Origin: a virus | Lineage: Duplodnaviria; Heunggongvirae; Uroviricota; Caudoviricetes | Length of the DNA: 32,689 nucleotides | Virus record (IMG/VR): IMGVR_UViG_2859783438_000003 | Reading direction: 5' to 3' (one strand) | Part shown: piece after piece, positions 1-8,400 of the stretch | How positions within the stretch are numbered: the stretch's first letter is position 1 | Layout: the number at the start of each line of letters is the position of its first letter | Translations under genes and position numbers: made by a program | The notes under the pieces: model-generated | What the model was told of the DNA's origin: nothing | The model's database searches: none | What the model saw: the letters and a program-made list of their open reading frames with translations, nothing else

Positions 1-219
1 TCAGTTTTCCTTATACGGATTAATTTTATTGTGCAGTGTGTTGAACGACGCCCATACAACGTCGGTATACAATTCAGTAACTGGCTCAATTATTTTCCCG
101 ATTGCCCAGACAAAAATTAGAGGGGATATCGGTATCATCAATACGATAAACAGAATGAGAAACAAAAATTCTGTCGCCCTACTTTTTTGCGGATATTCTT
201 TTCTGAATAATGTAGTCAT
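1..219 (-). CDS. hypothetical small membrane protein (72 aa, one predicted TM helix)
   Basis: ORF from track; hydrophobic stretch FLFLILFIVLMIPISPLIFVWAIG; second gene of a two-gene minus-strand unit with a GC hairpin (ccgcccgaaagggcgg) in the spacer to 252..464; AT-rich; no family recognised. Confidence 0.35.
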   Translation of the reverse strand: MTTLFRKEYPQKSRATEFLFLILFIVLMIPISPLIFVWAIGKIIEPVTELYTDVVWASFNTLHNKINPYKEN

Positions 220-251
220 TTCTTACCGCCCTTTCGGGCGGCCTCCCGACA

Positions 252-464
252 TTAATCGTTGTGGTAACTCATGGCTTCATTTGCAGCATCAACCGGATCA
301 ACCTCCCACCAGCAATAATTTGGTGCGTTTCCTTCAGGTGTCCACGGTTCTAATTCATTTTTTGCCACATTCTCGTCGCCAGTAATTTTAAAAATCTGCT
401 CAGAGAATTTTTTCACCCACTCGTTATATTTTTCAGTGTTAATAATTTTCTGTGTATTTGACAT
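252..464 (-). CDS. hypothetical protein (70 aa, acidic, Trp-rich C-terminus)
   Basis: ORF from track; GGAGG about 7 nt upstream of the ATG on the minus strand; no family recognised. Confidence 0.4.
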   Translation of the reverse strand: MSNTQKIINTEKYNEWVKKFSEQIFKITGDENVAKNELEPWTPEGNAPNYCWWEVDPVDAANEAMSYHND

Positions 465-522
465 AGATATACCTCCAGTTAAGGATTAAATTTTATTTAC
501 AGTGCCGGGTAATGACTCCAAC

Positions 523-726
523 TTATTGATAGTGTTTTATGTTCAGATAATGCCCGATGACTTTGTCATGCAGCTCCACCGATTTTGAGAACGACAGCGA
601 CTTCCGTCCCAGCCGTGCCAGGTGCTGCCTCAGATTCAGGTTATGCCGCTCAATTCGCTGCGTATATCGCTTGCTGATTACGTGCAGCTTTCCCTTCAGG
701 CGGGATTCATACAGCGGCCAGCCATC
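523..726 (-). CDS. insB: IS1 InsB transposase, C-terminal part (5' part in gap)
   Basis: Translation ...[67 protein letters not shown] matches the IS1 InsB C-terminus. Confidence 0.8.
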   Translation of the reverse strand, partial: DGWPLYESRLKGKLHVISKRYTQRIERHNLNLRQHLARLGRKSLSFSKSVELHDKVIGHYLNIKHYQ

Positions 727-826
727 NNNNNNNNNNNNNNNNNNNNNNNNNNNNNNNNNNNNNNNNNNNNNNNNNNNNNNNNNNNNNNNNNNNNNNNNNN
801 NNNNNNNNNNNNNNNNNNNNNNNNNN
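727..826. other. assembly gap (100 N) inside IS1; replaces roughly 330 bp of IS1 given the 768-bp element length
   Basis: Run of exactly 100 N between recognisable IS1 segments. Confidence 0.95.
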
Positions 827-989
827 TCTGGTGCGTACCGGGTTGAGAAGCGGTGTAAGTGAACTGCAGTTGCCATGTTTTACGGCAGTGAGAGCAGAGA
901 TAGCGCTGATGTCCGGCAGTGCTTTTGCCGTTACGCACCACCCCGTCAGTAGCTGAACAGGAGGGACAGCTGATAGAAACAGAAGCCAC
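827..989 (-). CDS. insA: IS1 InsA, N-terminal part (3' part in gap)
   Basis: Translation [54 protein letters not shown], the zinc-finger N-terminus of IS1 InsA. Confidence 0.8.
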
Positions 990-1116
990 TGGAGCACCTC
1001 AAAAACACCATCATACACTAAATCAGTAAGTTGGCAGCATCACCACAGTGCTGAACTTAATTATTCAGATTTTGGATTATGCTTTCTCTTCACGAAGTTC
1101 CGATTGTTAATTTGGC

Positions 1117-1455
1117 TCACAACAGCACCTTCTGAAAATTACCCTGATAGAAAGCCAGTACACGCTGCATAGCTTCGCTCTTCCGGCACTCGCTACAGAT
1201 TATGTTTTGACGCCTGTCGTAGCGGCGTATTTCTCCGTCTGGTAATGACCAGATAAGGTCAGGATCAACCACAGATGGTTTCTTCAGATTTGCCCTTGAG
1301 AGTTTTTTGCGGGCGTTTTGCCAGTCCTTACGCGCCTGTTCAGACGGGAATAACCCGTAACCAGAGTTGTATACATCGCCACTGGCAACCAGCTCTCTGG
1401 CGAGAACACTCATCAGATATCTTGTCGCACCTGTCTTGGCTTCCAGTTGCCGCAA
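1117..1455 (-). CDS. hypothetical protein (about 112 aa); 5' end uncertain, may be truncated or fused by the adjacent IS insertion
   Basis: ORF from track begins with a TTG codon and the frame stays open into the IS3-family end at 1507; an internal ATG (MSVLAREL...) is an alternative start; no family recognised. Confidence 0.35.
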   Translation of the reverse strand: MRQLEAKTGATRYLMSVLARELVASGDVYNSGYGLFPSEQARKDWQNARKKLSRANLKKPSVVDPDLIWSLPDGEIRRYDRRQNIICSECRKSEAMQRVLAFYQGNFQKVLL

Positions 1456-1506
1456 CGTCTCGCGACCGCTCAGACGTACAAGTTCAACAACCTGCCCTTT
1501 AATTTT

Positions 1507-1955
1507 TGAGGTAGCCTGAGTTTAACGGACACTCCTTCCTGAAATAGAATGGCATCAGAAGGAGCTAATAATGAGCAGAAAAACCCAACGTTACTCTAAA
1601 GAGTTCAAAGCCGAAGCTGTCAGAACGGTTCCTGAAAATCAACTTTCGATCAGTGAAGGCGCTTCCCGATTATCTCTTCCTGAAGGCACTTTAGGACAAT
1701 GGGTTACCGCCGCCAGAAAAGGGCTCGGTACTCCTGGTTGAACGCTGAAAAATGAGAGCCTGAGCCACTATCGTTTTAATAACCGGGATGAAGCCATCTC
1801 AGTAATACGGGAATACATTGAGATTTTCTACAATCGTCAGCGTCGTCACTCTCGTCTGGGGAATATCTCCCCGGCAGCCTTCAGGGAAAAATATCATCAG
1901 ATGGCTGCTTAAAAAAAGAACAAATGGTAGTGTCCGCTATTGCCAGTACACCTCA
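1507..1955 (+). mobile_element. IS3-family (IS600-like) remnant with internal deletion
   Basis: Starts TGAGGTAGCCTGAGTTTAACGGACACTCC and ends ...GGTAGTGTCCGCTATTGCCAGTACACCTCA (imperfect inverted repeat, TG...CA termini); orfA N-terminus MSRKTQRYSKEFKAEAVRTV... joined to an orfB C-terminus ...YNRQRRHSRLGNISPAAFREKYHQMAA. Confidence 0.7.
1571..1741 (+). pseudogene. IS3-family orfA, truncated by the internal deletion
   Basis: MSRKTQRYSKEFKAEAVRTVPENQLSISEGASRLSLPEGTLGQWVTAARKGLGTPG then stop; a second copy of the same N-terminus lies inverted at 11974..12081. Confidence 0.6.
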
Positions 1956-2154
1956 TCCATCACCGAAAAAAATTGGCTTTTACACCATTGGCGATAAAAG
2001 CATTTACCTGTATGACCTACGCCGCATGGATGAAATCATGGAGGCTCTTGATAATCGTTCGTCGATGGATTGGTGTGTTGCTGTTCATGATATGAATGCA
2101 GGGTTTGATGAAAAGATTTTGTTCCCCTCATCAGTTGAAAGCACTGCGGGTTAA
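1924..2154 (+). CDS. hypothetical phage protein (76 aa)
   Basis: ORF from track; the ATG lies inside the right end of the IS remnant so the native start may differ. Confidence 0.35.
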   Translation: MVVSAIASTPHPSPKKIGFYTIGDKSIYLYDLRRMDEIMEALDNRSSMDWCVAVHDMNAGFDEKILFPSSVESTAG

Positions 2155-2164
2155 GGAGTAACAC

Positions 2165-2332
2165 ATGACCACTATTACCAAAGAACGTATTGAATTGTTC
2201 ATTAAAAACCCGCTTGAAAACGGGCTTACCCGTGGTGAACAAATGGAACTGGCACGGATTGCGCTGGCATCGCTGGAAGCAGAGCCGGTTGTGTTCTGGT
2301 TTGAAAAATATCAAGAAGGGGCTACGGCATGA
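2165..2332 (+). CDS. hypothetical small protein (55 aa), paralogous to the N-terminal half of the next ORF
   Basis: Not in the ORF track (under 60 aa). ATG at 2165 follows GGAG; stop overlaps the next start (ATGA at 2329..2332); translation [55 protein letters not shown]. Confidence 0.4.
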   Translation: MTTITKERIELFIKNPLENGLTRGEQMELARIALASLEAEPVVFWFEKYQEGATA

Positions 2333-2673
2333 CGACTTTTACCAGAGAGCAGTTAATAGCTCACGCAGAGGAGACTATTGAAGCACAGAGACTGTGCATA
2401 CCGGGCACAATCGACCATGACATCATCCGCACATATAAGATGGATATTGCTGTTCTGGAAATCGCACTGGTATCGCTGGCAGCAGAGCCAGCCGGTAAAT
2501 TGCATGAATACAAACCAGTGGGATATCAGCGTCTGGTCGATGAGTTAACCATGCTGGTAAAGCAGTTAACCTGGCAACTGAGGAAAGCGAAGCCAGACTG
2601 CAAATTACCGGATAAGGCGATGAGTTATCTGGAGCGGAACGGACTGATAAGCGTGGAGGATATTTTACGATGA
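2329..2673 (+). CDS. hypothetical protein (114 aa)
   Basis: ORF from track; shares MTT.T.E start and an IAL.SL.AEP motif with the preceding ORF; translationally coupled on both sides. Confidence 0.45.
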   Translation: MTTFTREQLIAHAEETIEAQRLCIPGTIDHDIIRTYKMDIAVLEIALVSLAAEPAGKLHEYKPVGYQRLVDELTMLVKQLTWQLRKAKPDCKLPDKAMSYLERNGLISVEDILR

Positions 2674-2753
2674 CCTGGCCTGAAGCATTAACAACGGTAG
2701 GAATTGCGATGGCGGTGGCGCTGGTGGTGTATTCGATTTGCCGCTGGGGATAA
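2670..2753 (+). CDS. possible 27-aa hydrophobic peptide
   Basis: ATG overlaps the stop of the previous ORF; translation [27 protein letters not shown]; very short, so weak. Confidence 0.2.
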   Translation: MTWPEALTTVGIAMAVALVVYSICRWG

Positions 2754-2964
2754 AAACGGTTTGCGGGAAAAGGAGAGTTAAGTAGAATTGCAGCGGGTGC
2801 TTGAGGCTATCTGTCTCAGGCATGAACACCAAAAGGCAGATAGAGAAAAGCCCCAGTTAACATTACGCGTCCGGCAAGACGCTTAACATTAATCTGAGGC
2901 TCAATCTATGAACGGCAAATCTAGGTTAGCCTCTTACGTGCCGAAAGGCAAGGAGAAGCAGGCT

Positions 2965-3120
2965 ATGAAGCAGCAAAAGGCGATGTTAATCGCCCTGATC
3001 GTCATCTGTTTAACCGTCATAGTGACGGCACTGGTAACGAGGAAAGACCTCTGCGAGGTACGAATTCGAACCGGCCAGACGGAGGTCGCTGTCTTCACAG
3101 CTTACGAACCTGAGGAGTAA
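2965..3120 (+). CDS. hok: Hok/Gef-family type I toxin (51 aa)
   Basis: Translation MKQQKAMLIALIVICLTVIVTALVTRKDLCEVRIRTGQTEVAVFTAYEPEE matches chromosomal HokD/RelF-type toxins as I recall them; AAGGAG 8 nt upstream; the track ORF 2908..3120 is an in-frame upstream extension. Confidence 0.85.
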   Translation: MKQQKAMLIALIVICLTVIVTALVTRKDLCEVRIRTGQTEVAVFTAYEPEE

Positions 3121-3187
3121 GAGACCAGGCGGGGGAGAAATCCCTCGCCACCTCTGATGGGTCAGGCATCCTCAATGCACCCACACT

Positions 3188-3220
3188 TAACCCGCTTCGG
3201 CGGGTTTTTGTTTTTATTTT
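3188..3220 (+). terminator. intrinsic terminator downstream of hok
   Basis: Hairpin acccgcttcggcgggt followed by a T-run. Confidence 0.5.
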
Positions 3221-3337
3221 CAACGCGTTTGAAGTTTTAGATGGTGCCGGAATAGAATCAAAAATACTTAAGTAGCGCGCAGGGAGAAGAGGGATGGACC
3301 CCGAACAGGGGAGTGCTATTTATCTGGAAGGATTCTG

Positions 3338-3601
3338 TTGATGAAAATCGAAGAATTACGTGAAATTTTTAGTGAAGATGGCCTCTATACTGTGCGCGTT
3401 GAGAATGGCGCTATTGTCAGCCACTGCCGTATTAAATGTTTACAGTCTCAACAAAGGAAGAGTGGAGCTGCGTTAATTCATTTTGTGGATGGGCTTGTGA
3501 CGGATGGTTTTATTTCGCGTGCAAATGAATTTGTCACATCGTTGCCGTCTCTGAAAGAAGCTGGGATTAAGGCTGGTTTTTCTGCTTTTGAAGATGAGTG
3601 A
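3338..3601 (+). CDS. hypothetical phage protein (87 aa)
   Basis: ORF from track; sits in the same position as small nin-region genes of cryptic lambdoid prophages. Confidence 0.4.
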   Translation: MMKIEELREIFSEDGLYTVRVENGAIVSHCRIKCLQSQQRKSGAALIHFVDGLVTDGFISRANEFVTSLPSLKEAGIKAGFSAFEDE

Positions 3602-3667
3602 ATTCATCTACAATTCAGCGCAGGGCTGAACCCCTGTTGAGTAACACTGTGCCACCGGAGAAAGCCG

Positions 3668-3946
3668 ATGGCGCAAAATTCCAGACTACACAATTCTGAT
3701 AATTCAGCCGTCTTTGCCAGCAGGCACGGGCGGCGCTCTCACGCATTTAAATCTGATTGGTACCAGCATCCCCCATGCACTGAAGAACAGGCCGAATGGC
3801 TCATTCAGTGTTACCGCAGGCGCGGATGCGAGGTTAAAAAAGCCCTTAGCCTCGACTACCGTCACTGGATAATCTCCGTCAGGCTCCCTTACTCCGAACG
3901 GCCAACGCGTCCGTCCCGCACATTCCAGCAACGGATCTGGAGGTAA
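3668..3946 (+). CDS. hypothetical basic protein (92 aa)
   Basis: ORF from track; its stop abuts the start of the DUF968 gene. Confidence 0.4.
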   Translation: MAQNSRLHNSDNSAVFASRHGRRSHAFKSDWYQHPPCTEEQAEWLIQCYRRRGCEVKKALSLDYRHWIISVRLPYSERPTRPSRTFQQRIWR

Positions 3947-3947
3947 T

Positions 3948-5006
3948 GTGCGGGTATTACTTCGACCTGTTCTGGTACCGGAACTCGGTCTGGTTATCGT
4001 TAAGCCAGGCCGTGAATCAATGTCAGCATTCCATAACGGCAGAATACTGGTGGAGCCGGAACCAAAAAGCATGCGTAATCTGCCGTCCGGGGTCGTTCCT
4101 GCCGCTCGCCAGCCGCTGGTGGAAGACAAAACATTGCTGCCGTTTTTCAGTAACGCACGGGTGATTCGTGCTGCTGGTGGTGCTGGTGCATTGTCTGACT
4201 GGCTGTTGCGCCATATTAAATCCTGCCAGTGGCCACACGGCGATTATCATCACAGCGAAACCGTCATTCACCGTTATGGTACCGGCGCAATGGTGTTGTG
4301 CTGGCACTGCGACAACCAGCTGCGTGACCAGACATCCGAATCACTCGAGCAACTTGCTCATCAAAACCTGTCAGCATGGATGATTGACGTCATCGGTCAC
4401 GCAATAAGCGGTACGCAGGAGCGTGAATTATCTCTGGCTGAATTATCCTGGTGGGCGGTCCGCAATCAGGTGGCGGACGCGCTACCGGAAGCGGTATTAC
4501 GTCGTTCGCTGGGGTTGCGTGCGGAAAAAATTCGCTCTGTGTACAGTGAAAGCGACATCATACCGGGAGAGCAGACAGCCACCAGCATACTGAAGCAGCG
4601 CACAAAAAATATTGCGTTACTGCCTCACGTCCACCAGCAACAGAACCCACCACAGGAAAAGACGGTGGTCAGCATTGCCGTTGATCCGGAGTCACCGGCT
4701 CAGTATCTCCAGCGCCAGAAATCACAACGGGAAGAGATGCCTGTATACACGCGCTGGGTAAAAACGCAGAAATGCATGACGTGTGGCAATCAGGCAGATG
4801 ATCCGCATCACATCATTGGTCATGGACTGGGAGGGATGGGAACAAAGGCTGATGATTTGTTTGTTATTCCGTTATGCCGTAAATGCCGTAACGAACTACA
4901 TGCCGGAGTAAAAGATTTTGAAGAGAAACACGGCAGTCAGCTGTTGTTGCTGATTCGTTTTTTAATGCACGCGAGAAATTCGGGTGTTCTGAAGTGGAAA
5001 GCATAA
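3948..5006 (+). CDS. DUF968 / YdfU-like phage protein with C-terminal HNH-like zinc motif
   Basis: C-terminus CMTCGNQADDPHHIIGHGLGGMGTKADDLFVIPLCRKCRNELH; sits directly upstream of rusA as in lambdoid nin regions; true start may be an internal Met. Confidence 0.7.
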   Translation: MRVLLRPVLVPELGLVIVKPGRESMSAFHNGRILVEPEPKSMRNLPSGVVPAARQPLVEDKTLLPFFSNARVIRAAGGAGALSDWLLRHIKSCQWPHGDYHHSETVIHRYGTGAMVLCWHCDNQLRDQTSESLEQLAHQNLSAWMIDVIGHAISGTQERELSLAELSWWAVRNQVADALPEAVLRRSLGLRAEKIRSVYSESDIIPGEQTATSILKQRTKNIALLPHVHQQQNPPQEKTVVSIAVDPESPAQYLQRQKSQREEMPVYTRWVKTQKCMTCGNQADDPHHIIGHGLGGMGTKADDLFVIPLCRKCRNELHAGVKDFEEKHGSQLLLLIRFLMHARNSGVLKWKA

Positions 5007-5387
5007 ATGACCGAGCGCATAGAATTTGTTTTACCTTACCCGCCGACGGTGAACACTTACTGGCGTCGTCGTGGCAGCACATATTTTGTATCAAAAGCCG
5101 GGGAGCGTTATCGCCGGGCAGTGGCGCTTATTGTTCGCCAGCAGCGGCTGAAATTAAGCCTGTCCGGAAGGTTGGCAATAAAAATTATTGCAGAACCACC
5201 GGATAAGCGCCGCCGTGACCTGGACAATATTCTGAAAGCGCCGCTGGATGCGCTGACGCATGCGGGGTTGCTAATGGACGATGAGCAGTTTGATGAAATC
5301 AATATCGTTCGTGCTCAGCCAGTATCTGGTGGACGTCTGGGGGTGAAGATTTATCCCATAATGCTTGAAGGGCAGGTCAAAAAATGA
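5007..5387 (+). CDS. rusA: RusA-type Holliday junction resolvase
   Basis: Translation has LPYPPTVNTYWRRRG... and RRRDLDNILKAPLDALT, matching the RusA fold and catalytic Asp region. Confidence 0.85.
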   Translation: MTERIEFVLPYPPTVNTYWRRRGSTYFVSKAGERYRRAVALIVRQQRLKLSLSGRLAIKIIAEPPDKRRRDLDNILKAPLDALTHAGLLMDDEQFDEINIVRAQPVSGGRLGVKIYPIMLEGQVKK

Positions 5388-6205
5388 AACTGGAAGATTT
5401 ACCGAAATACTACTCCCCAAAATCCCCCGGCCTGACTGATGCATCGGCCTCAACGTCGAAAGATGCGCTGAGTATCACTGATGTGATGGCCGCGCAGGGC
5501 ATGACACAGAATCGGGCTGAGATGGGGGTTTCTGCGTTCCTTGGGAAAATGGGCATTAGTATGAATGACAGAGAGCGGGCAACAGAATTGCTGACAGAAT
5601 ATGCACTCAGTCGGTGTGATCGCGTGGCGGCGTTAAGAAAACTCCCGGCAGAAATAAAACCGGCAGTGATGCGTATTATGGCTTCGTATGCGTTTGAAGA
5701 TTATGCCCGTAGCGCGGCGAGCAAAAAACAGTGCCCCTGCTGTCACGGAAAAAAATTTATTGAAAGCGAGGTTTTTACAAACAAGATCCAGTATCCGGAT
5801 GGTAAGCCGCCGGTATGGGCAAAGTGTACGAAAGGTGTGTATCCGTCTTACTGGGAAGAATGGAAAAAAGTCAGGGAGGTGGTAAAAGTTGCCTGTCCGG
5901 AGTGTGGCGGAAAGGGTGAGGTTTCCACCGCCTGTAAGGATTGCCGTGGGCGTGGTGTCGCCATTCATCGTGAAGAGTCGGTAAAACGTGGTATGCCTGT
6001 TATCAGAGACTGCCAGCGTTGTGGTGGTCGTGGCTATGAAAGACTACCATCAACGGAGGCATTTAATGCTATATGCGAGGTGACAAACCAGATAACACGC
6101 GCGTCATGGGAAAAAACAGTTAAGAAATTTTATGATGCGCTGGTGACCCGGTTTGATATTGAAGAAGCATGGGCTGAGCGGCAGTTAAAAAAGGTAACTA
6201 GGTAA
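5384..6205 (+). CDS. late antiterminator Q (Cys-rich, zinc-binding)
   Basis: 273 aa with several CxxC pairs (CPCCHGKK, CPECGGKG, CKDCRGRG, CQRCGGRG); position directly after rusA and before a PR'/tR'-like pair. Confidence 0.7.
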   Translation: MKLEDLPKYYSPKSPGLTDASASTSKDALSITDVMAAQGMTQNRAEMGVSAFLGKMGISMNDRERATELLTEYALSRCDRVAALRKLPAEIKPAVMRIMASYAFEDYARSAASKKQCPCCHGKKFIESEVFTNKIQYPDGKPPVWAKCTKGVYPSYWEEWKKVREVVKVACPECGGKGEVSTACKDCRGRGVAIHREESVKRGMPVIRDCQRCGGRGYERLPSTEAFNAICEVTNQITRASWEKTVKKFYDALVTRFDIEEAWAERQLKKVTR

Positions 6206-6210
6206 CAAGG

Positions 6211-6238
6211 TTGATTTTTCCGGAATCTGTGGTAAATT
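6211..6238 (+). promoter_or_regulatory. candidate late promoter PR' (TTGATT, 16-17 nt spacer, TAAATT)
   Basis: Hexamers read directly downstream of Q; TAAATT is the lambda PR' -10 as I recall it; the qut site is not delimited. Confidence 0.4.
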
Positions 6239-6287
6239 CGTCATAACGATGGGCGTTTTATGCCTGACGTTAGAAGAGTTTCTACAA

Positions 6288-6309
6288 CCCGCCGCCGAGC
6301 GGGTTTTTT
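6288..6309 (+). terminator. tR'-like intrinsic terminator
   Basis: GC hairpin cccgccgccgagcggg followed by tttttt about 50 nt after the putative start site. Confidence 0.5.
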
Positions 6310-6429
6310 ATGACTGAAATCGCGTCAGTACAGTAAACGCGCTGGTGGCGGTGAATACCTGTCTTTCAGCTTGCTGGCTTTTTCGACAAGAGTTATTGGT
6401 GTGTCACGTTAACCGGAAAAGGAAAAGAC

Positions 6430-6627
6430 ATGCTAAAACAGCAGGATATGACAGAAACCGCCAGAGTGGTGTTTAATGAATTAAGCGTTACCGAACCGGC
6501 GACAGTCGGGGAGATAGCGCAGAATACTTACCTTTCACGCGAACGCTGCCAGTTAATACTGACCCAGCTGGTTATGGCGGGTCTGGCAGACTATCAGTTC
6601 GGTTGTTACAGACGCCTTCCGCAGTGA
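6430..6627 (+). CDS. small putative HTH DNA-binding protein (65 aa)
   Basis: ORF from track; ATVGEIAQNTYLSRERCQLILTQL resembles a helix-turn-helix; followed by hairpin gccttccgcagtgaaggc plus T-run. Confidence 0.4.
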   Translation: MLKQQDMTETARVVFNELSVTEPATVGEIAQNTYLSRERCQLILTQLVMAGLADYQFGCYRRLPQ

Positions 6628-6777
6628 AGGCTTTTTTATTTGTGGTAAATGGGCGGCTGGTGGGTGTTAGGGGCACCCACCAGCCATCTGCTCATGCGTT
6701 GGGTTCACAAGCAAACCTCAGGCCCACTGCTTTGCGCAAAAGCAGAATGAGCCTATCAGAGACAGGCTTAATGATCC

Positions 6778-7836
6778 ATGCTTAATACTGTAAAAATATC
6801 CAGTTGTGAGTTAATCAACGCCGACTGCCTGGAATTTATCCGGTCGTTACCCGAAAATTCTGTTGACCTGATAGTCACGGACCCGCCGTACTTTAAAGTG
6901 AAGCCTGAGGGCTGGGATAACCAGTGGAAGGGCGACGATGATTACCTGAAGTGGCTGGACCAGTGTCTGGCGCAGTTCTGGCGGGTGCTGAAACCTGCCG
7001 GAAGTCTTTACCTGTTCTGTGGTCATCGCCTGGCATCTGATATCGAAATCATGATGCGTGAACGCTTCAGTGTGCTGAACCATATTATCTGGGCGAAGCC
7101 GTCCGGACGCTGGAACGGATGCAACAAGGAAAGCCTGCGGGCGTATTTCCCCGCCACAGAGCGCATTCTGTTCGCGGAACATTATCAGGGGCCGTATCGT
7201 CCGAAAGATGCCGGGTATGCGGCGAAGGGCAGTGCACTGAAACAGCATGTGATGGCCCCGCTGATTTCTTACTTTCGTGATGCGCGAGCTGCCCTGGGGA
7301 TAACGGCAAAACAGATTGCAGATGCCACAGGAAAGAAAAACATGGTGTCGCACTGGTTCAGTGCCGGTCAGTGGCAGTTGCCGAATGAAAGCGATTATCT
7401 GAAATTACAGGCGCTGTTTGCCCGGGTGGCAGAAGAGAAGCATCGGCGTGGTGAACTGGAAAAGCTCCACCACCAGCTGGTGGATACGTATACCTCACTG
7501 AACCGGCAGTATGCGGAGCTGCTGAGTGAATATAAACATCTGCGGCGGTATTTTGGCGTGACGGTGCAGGTGCCGTATACCGATGTGTGGACGCATAAAC
7601 CGGTGCAGTTCTATCCCGGGAAACATCCGTGCGAAAAACCGGCAGAAATGCTGCAGCAGATAATCAGCGCTAGCAGTCGTCCGGGTGACCTGATTGCAGA
7701 TTTTTTCATGGGGTTGGGTTCGACAGTGAAAGCGGCACTGGCGCTCGGGCGTCGTGCAATTGGCGTTGAGCTGGAGACTGAACGTTTTGAGCAGACGGTT
7801 CGGGAAGTACAGGATTTAGTCAGCCAGAACGGATGA
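6778..7836 (+). CDS. DNA amino-methyltransferase (N6-adenine or N4-cytosine), orphan
   Basis: DLIVTDPPYF (motif IV) near the N-terminus and FFMGLGST (SAM-binding FxGxG) near the C-terminus; no restriction endonuclease gene adjacent. Confidence 0.8.
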   Translation: MLNTVKISSCELINADCLEFIRSLPENSVDLIVTDPPYFKVKPEGWDNQWKGDDDYLKWLDQCLAQFWRVLKPAGSLYLFCGHRLASDIEIMMRERFSVLNHIIWAKPSGRWNGCNKESLRAYFPATERILFAEHYQGPYRPKDAGYAAKGSALKQHVMAPLISYFRDARAALGITAKQIADATGKKNMVSHWFSAGQWQLPNESDYLKLQALFARVAEEKHRRGELEKLHHQLVDTYTSLNRQYAELLSEYKHLRRYFGVTVQVPYTDVWTHKPVQFYPGKHPCEKPAEMLQQIISASSRPGDLIADFFMGLGSTVKAALALGRRAIGVELETERFEQTVREVQDLVSQNG

Positions 7837-7876
7837 TATTGAAGAATTAATTACGCGTCGTTATTATGCGGCTCCC

Positions 7877-7952
7877 GGCCCTTTAGCTCAGTGGTGAGAG
7901 CGAGCGACTCATAATCGCCAGGTCGCTGGTTCAAATCCAGCAAGGGCCACCA
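7877..7952 (+). tRNA. tRNA with CAU anticodon (Met or lysidine-type Ile2)
   Basis: Cloverleaf folded by hand: 7-bp acceptor ggccctt/aagggcc, anticodon loop ctCATaa, T-loop ttcaaat, CCA encoded. Confidence 0.8.
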
Positions 7953-7959
7953 TCACATA

Positions 7960-8036
7960 CCGCCATTAGCTCATCAGGAAAGAGCGCCAGCCTTCGAAGC
8001 TGGCTGCGCGGGGTTCAAGTCCCCGATGGCGGTCCA
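7960..8036 (+). tRNA. tRNA-Arg (anticodon UCG)
   Basis: Acceptor ccgccat/atggcgg, anticodon stem ccagc/gctgg with loop ctTCGaa, T-loop ttcaagt, CCA encoded. Confidence 0.75.
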
Positions 8037-8049
8037 TTATCTGCATCAT

Positions 8050-8126
8050 GCGTTGTTAGCTCAGCCGGACAGAGCAATTGCCTTCTAAGCAATCGGTCAC
8101 TGGTTCGAATCCAGTACAACGCGCCA
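8050..8126 (+). tRNA. tRNA-Arg (anticodon UCU)
   Basis: Acceptor gcgttgt/acaacgc, anticodon stem attgc/gcaat with loop ctTCTaa, T-loop ttcgaat, CCA encoded. Confidence 0.8.
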
Positions 8127-8140
8127 CACTTATTTTCCCT

Positions 8141-8167
8141 GGCTCGCTTTTGCGGGCCTTTTTTTTT
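8141..8167 (+). terminator. intrinsic terminator after the tRNA array
   Basis: Hairpin ggctcgc-tttt-gcgggcc followed by a 9-nt T-run. Confidence 0.6.
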
Positions 8168-8173
8168 AAATGT

Positions 8174-8400
8174 CTCACAATTCAGACGGTTGACAGTTGT
8201 CTGTTTTGCGGGGAGTTTGTTAAAAGAAACTGGCATGGTGAATCCCCCTGTGCGGAGGGGCAATCAGCGAGTAGGTATATGGGATAATCGCGGATTCAGG
8301 TGCTGGTACTGAATTCACCGGGAGGCACCCGGCATCATGCAATGGCACATAGCGCCACTCTCCAGCCCTCTCCGGAGGGGCTTTTCTGTGCCGGATACAT
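8174..8400 (+). ncRNA. structured non-coding module A (candidate sRNA or regulatory leader)
   Basis: TTGACA hexamer near the 5' end, three GC hairpins (cccct/agggg; ccggg/cccgg; ccctc/gaggg + T-run); paralogous to module B; no conserved ORF. Confidence 0.25.

Larger units (their letters stand above)
508..1044 (-). mobile_element. IS1 insertion sequence (internal part masked by N run)
   Basis: Ends match the IS1 terminal repeats as I recall them (ggtaatgactccaacttattgatag at 508; complement of ggtgatgctgccaacttactgat ending at 1044); InsA and InsB reading frames inside; flanking 9-bp direct repeats acagtgccg (499..507) and acagtgctg (1045..1053). Confidence 0.9.

Noticed and set aside
2908-2964. 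In-frame upstream extension of hok as a possible mok-like coupling frame
   Set aside because: It is in the same frame as hok, so it would only make an N-terminally extended toxin; left unresolved rather than annotated.
6603-6785. 60-aa ORF overlapping the end of the HTH gene and the methyltransferase leader
   Set aside because: Lies over a terminator and hairpin-rich leader, no RBS, no recognisable features.
8078-8287. 69-aa ORF starting inside the third tRNA gene
   Set aside because: Overlaps a well-folded tRNA and the terminator; TTG start; not credible as coding.
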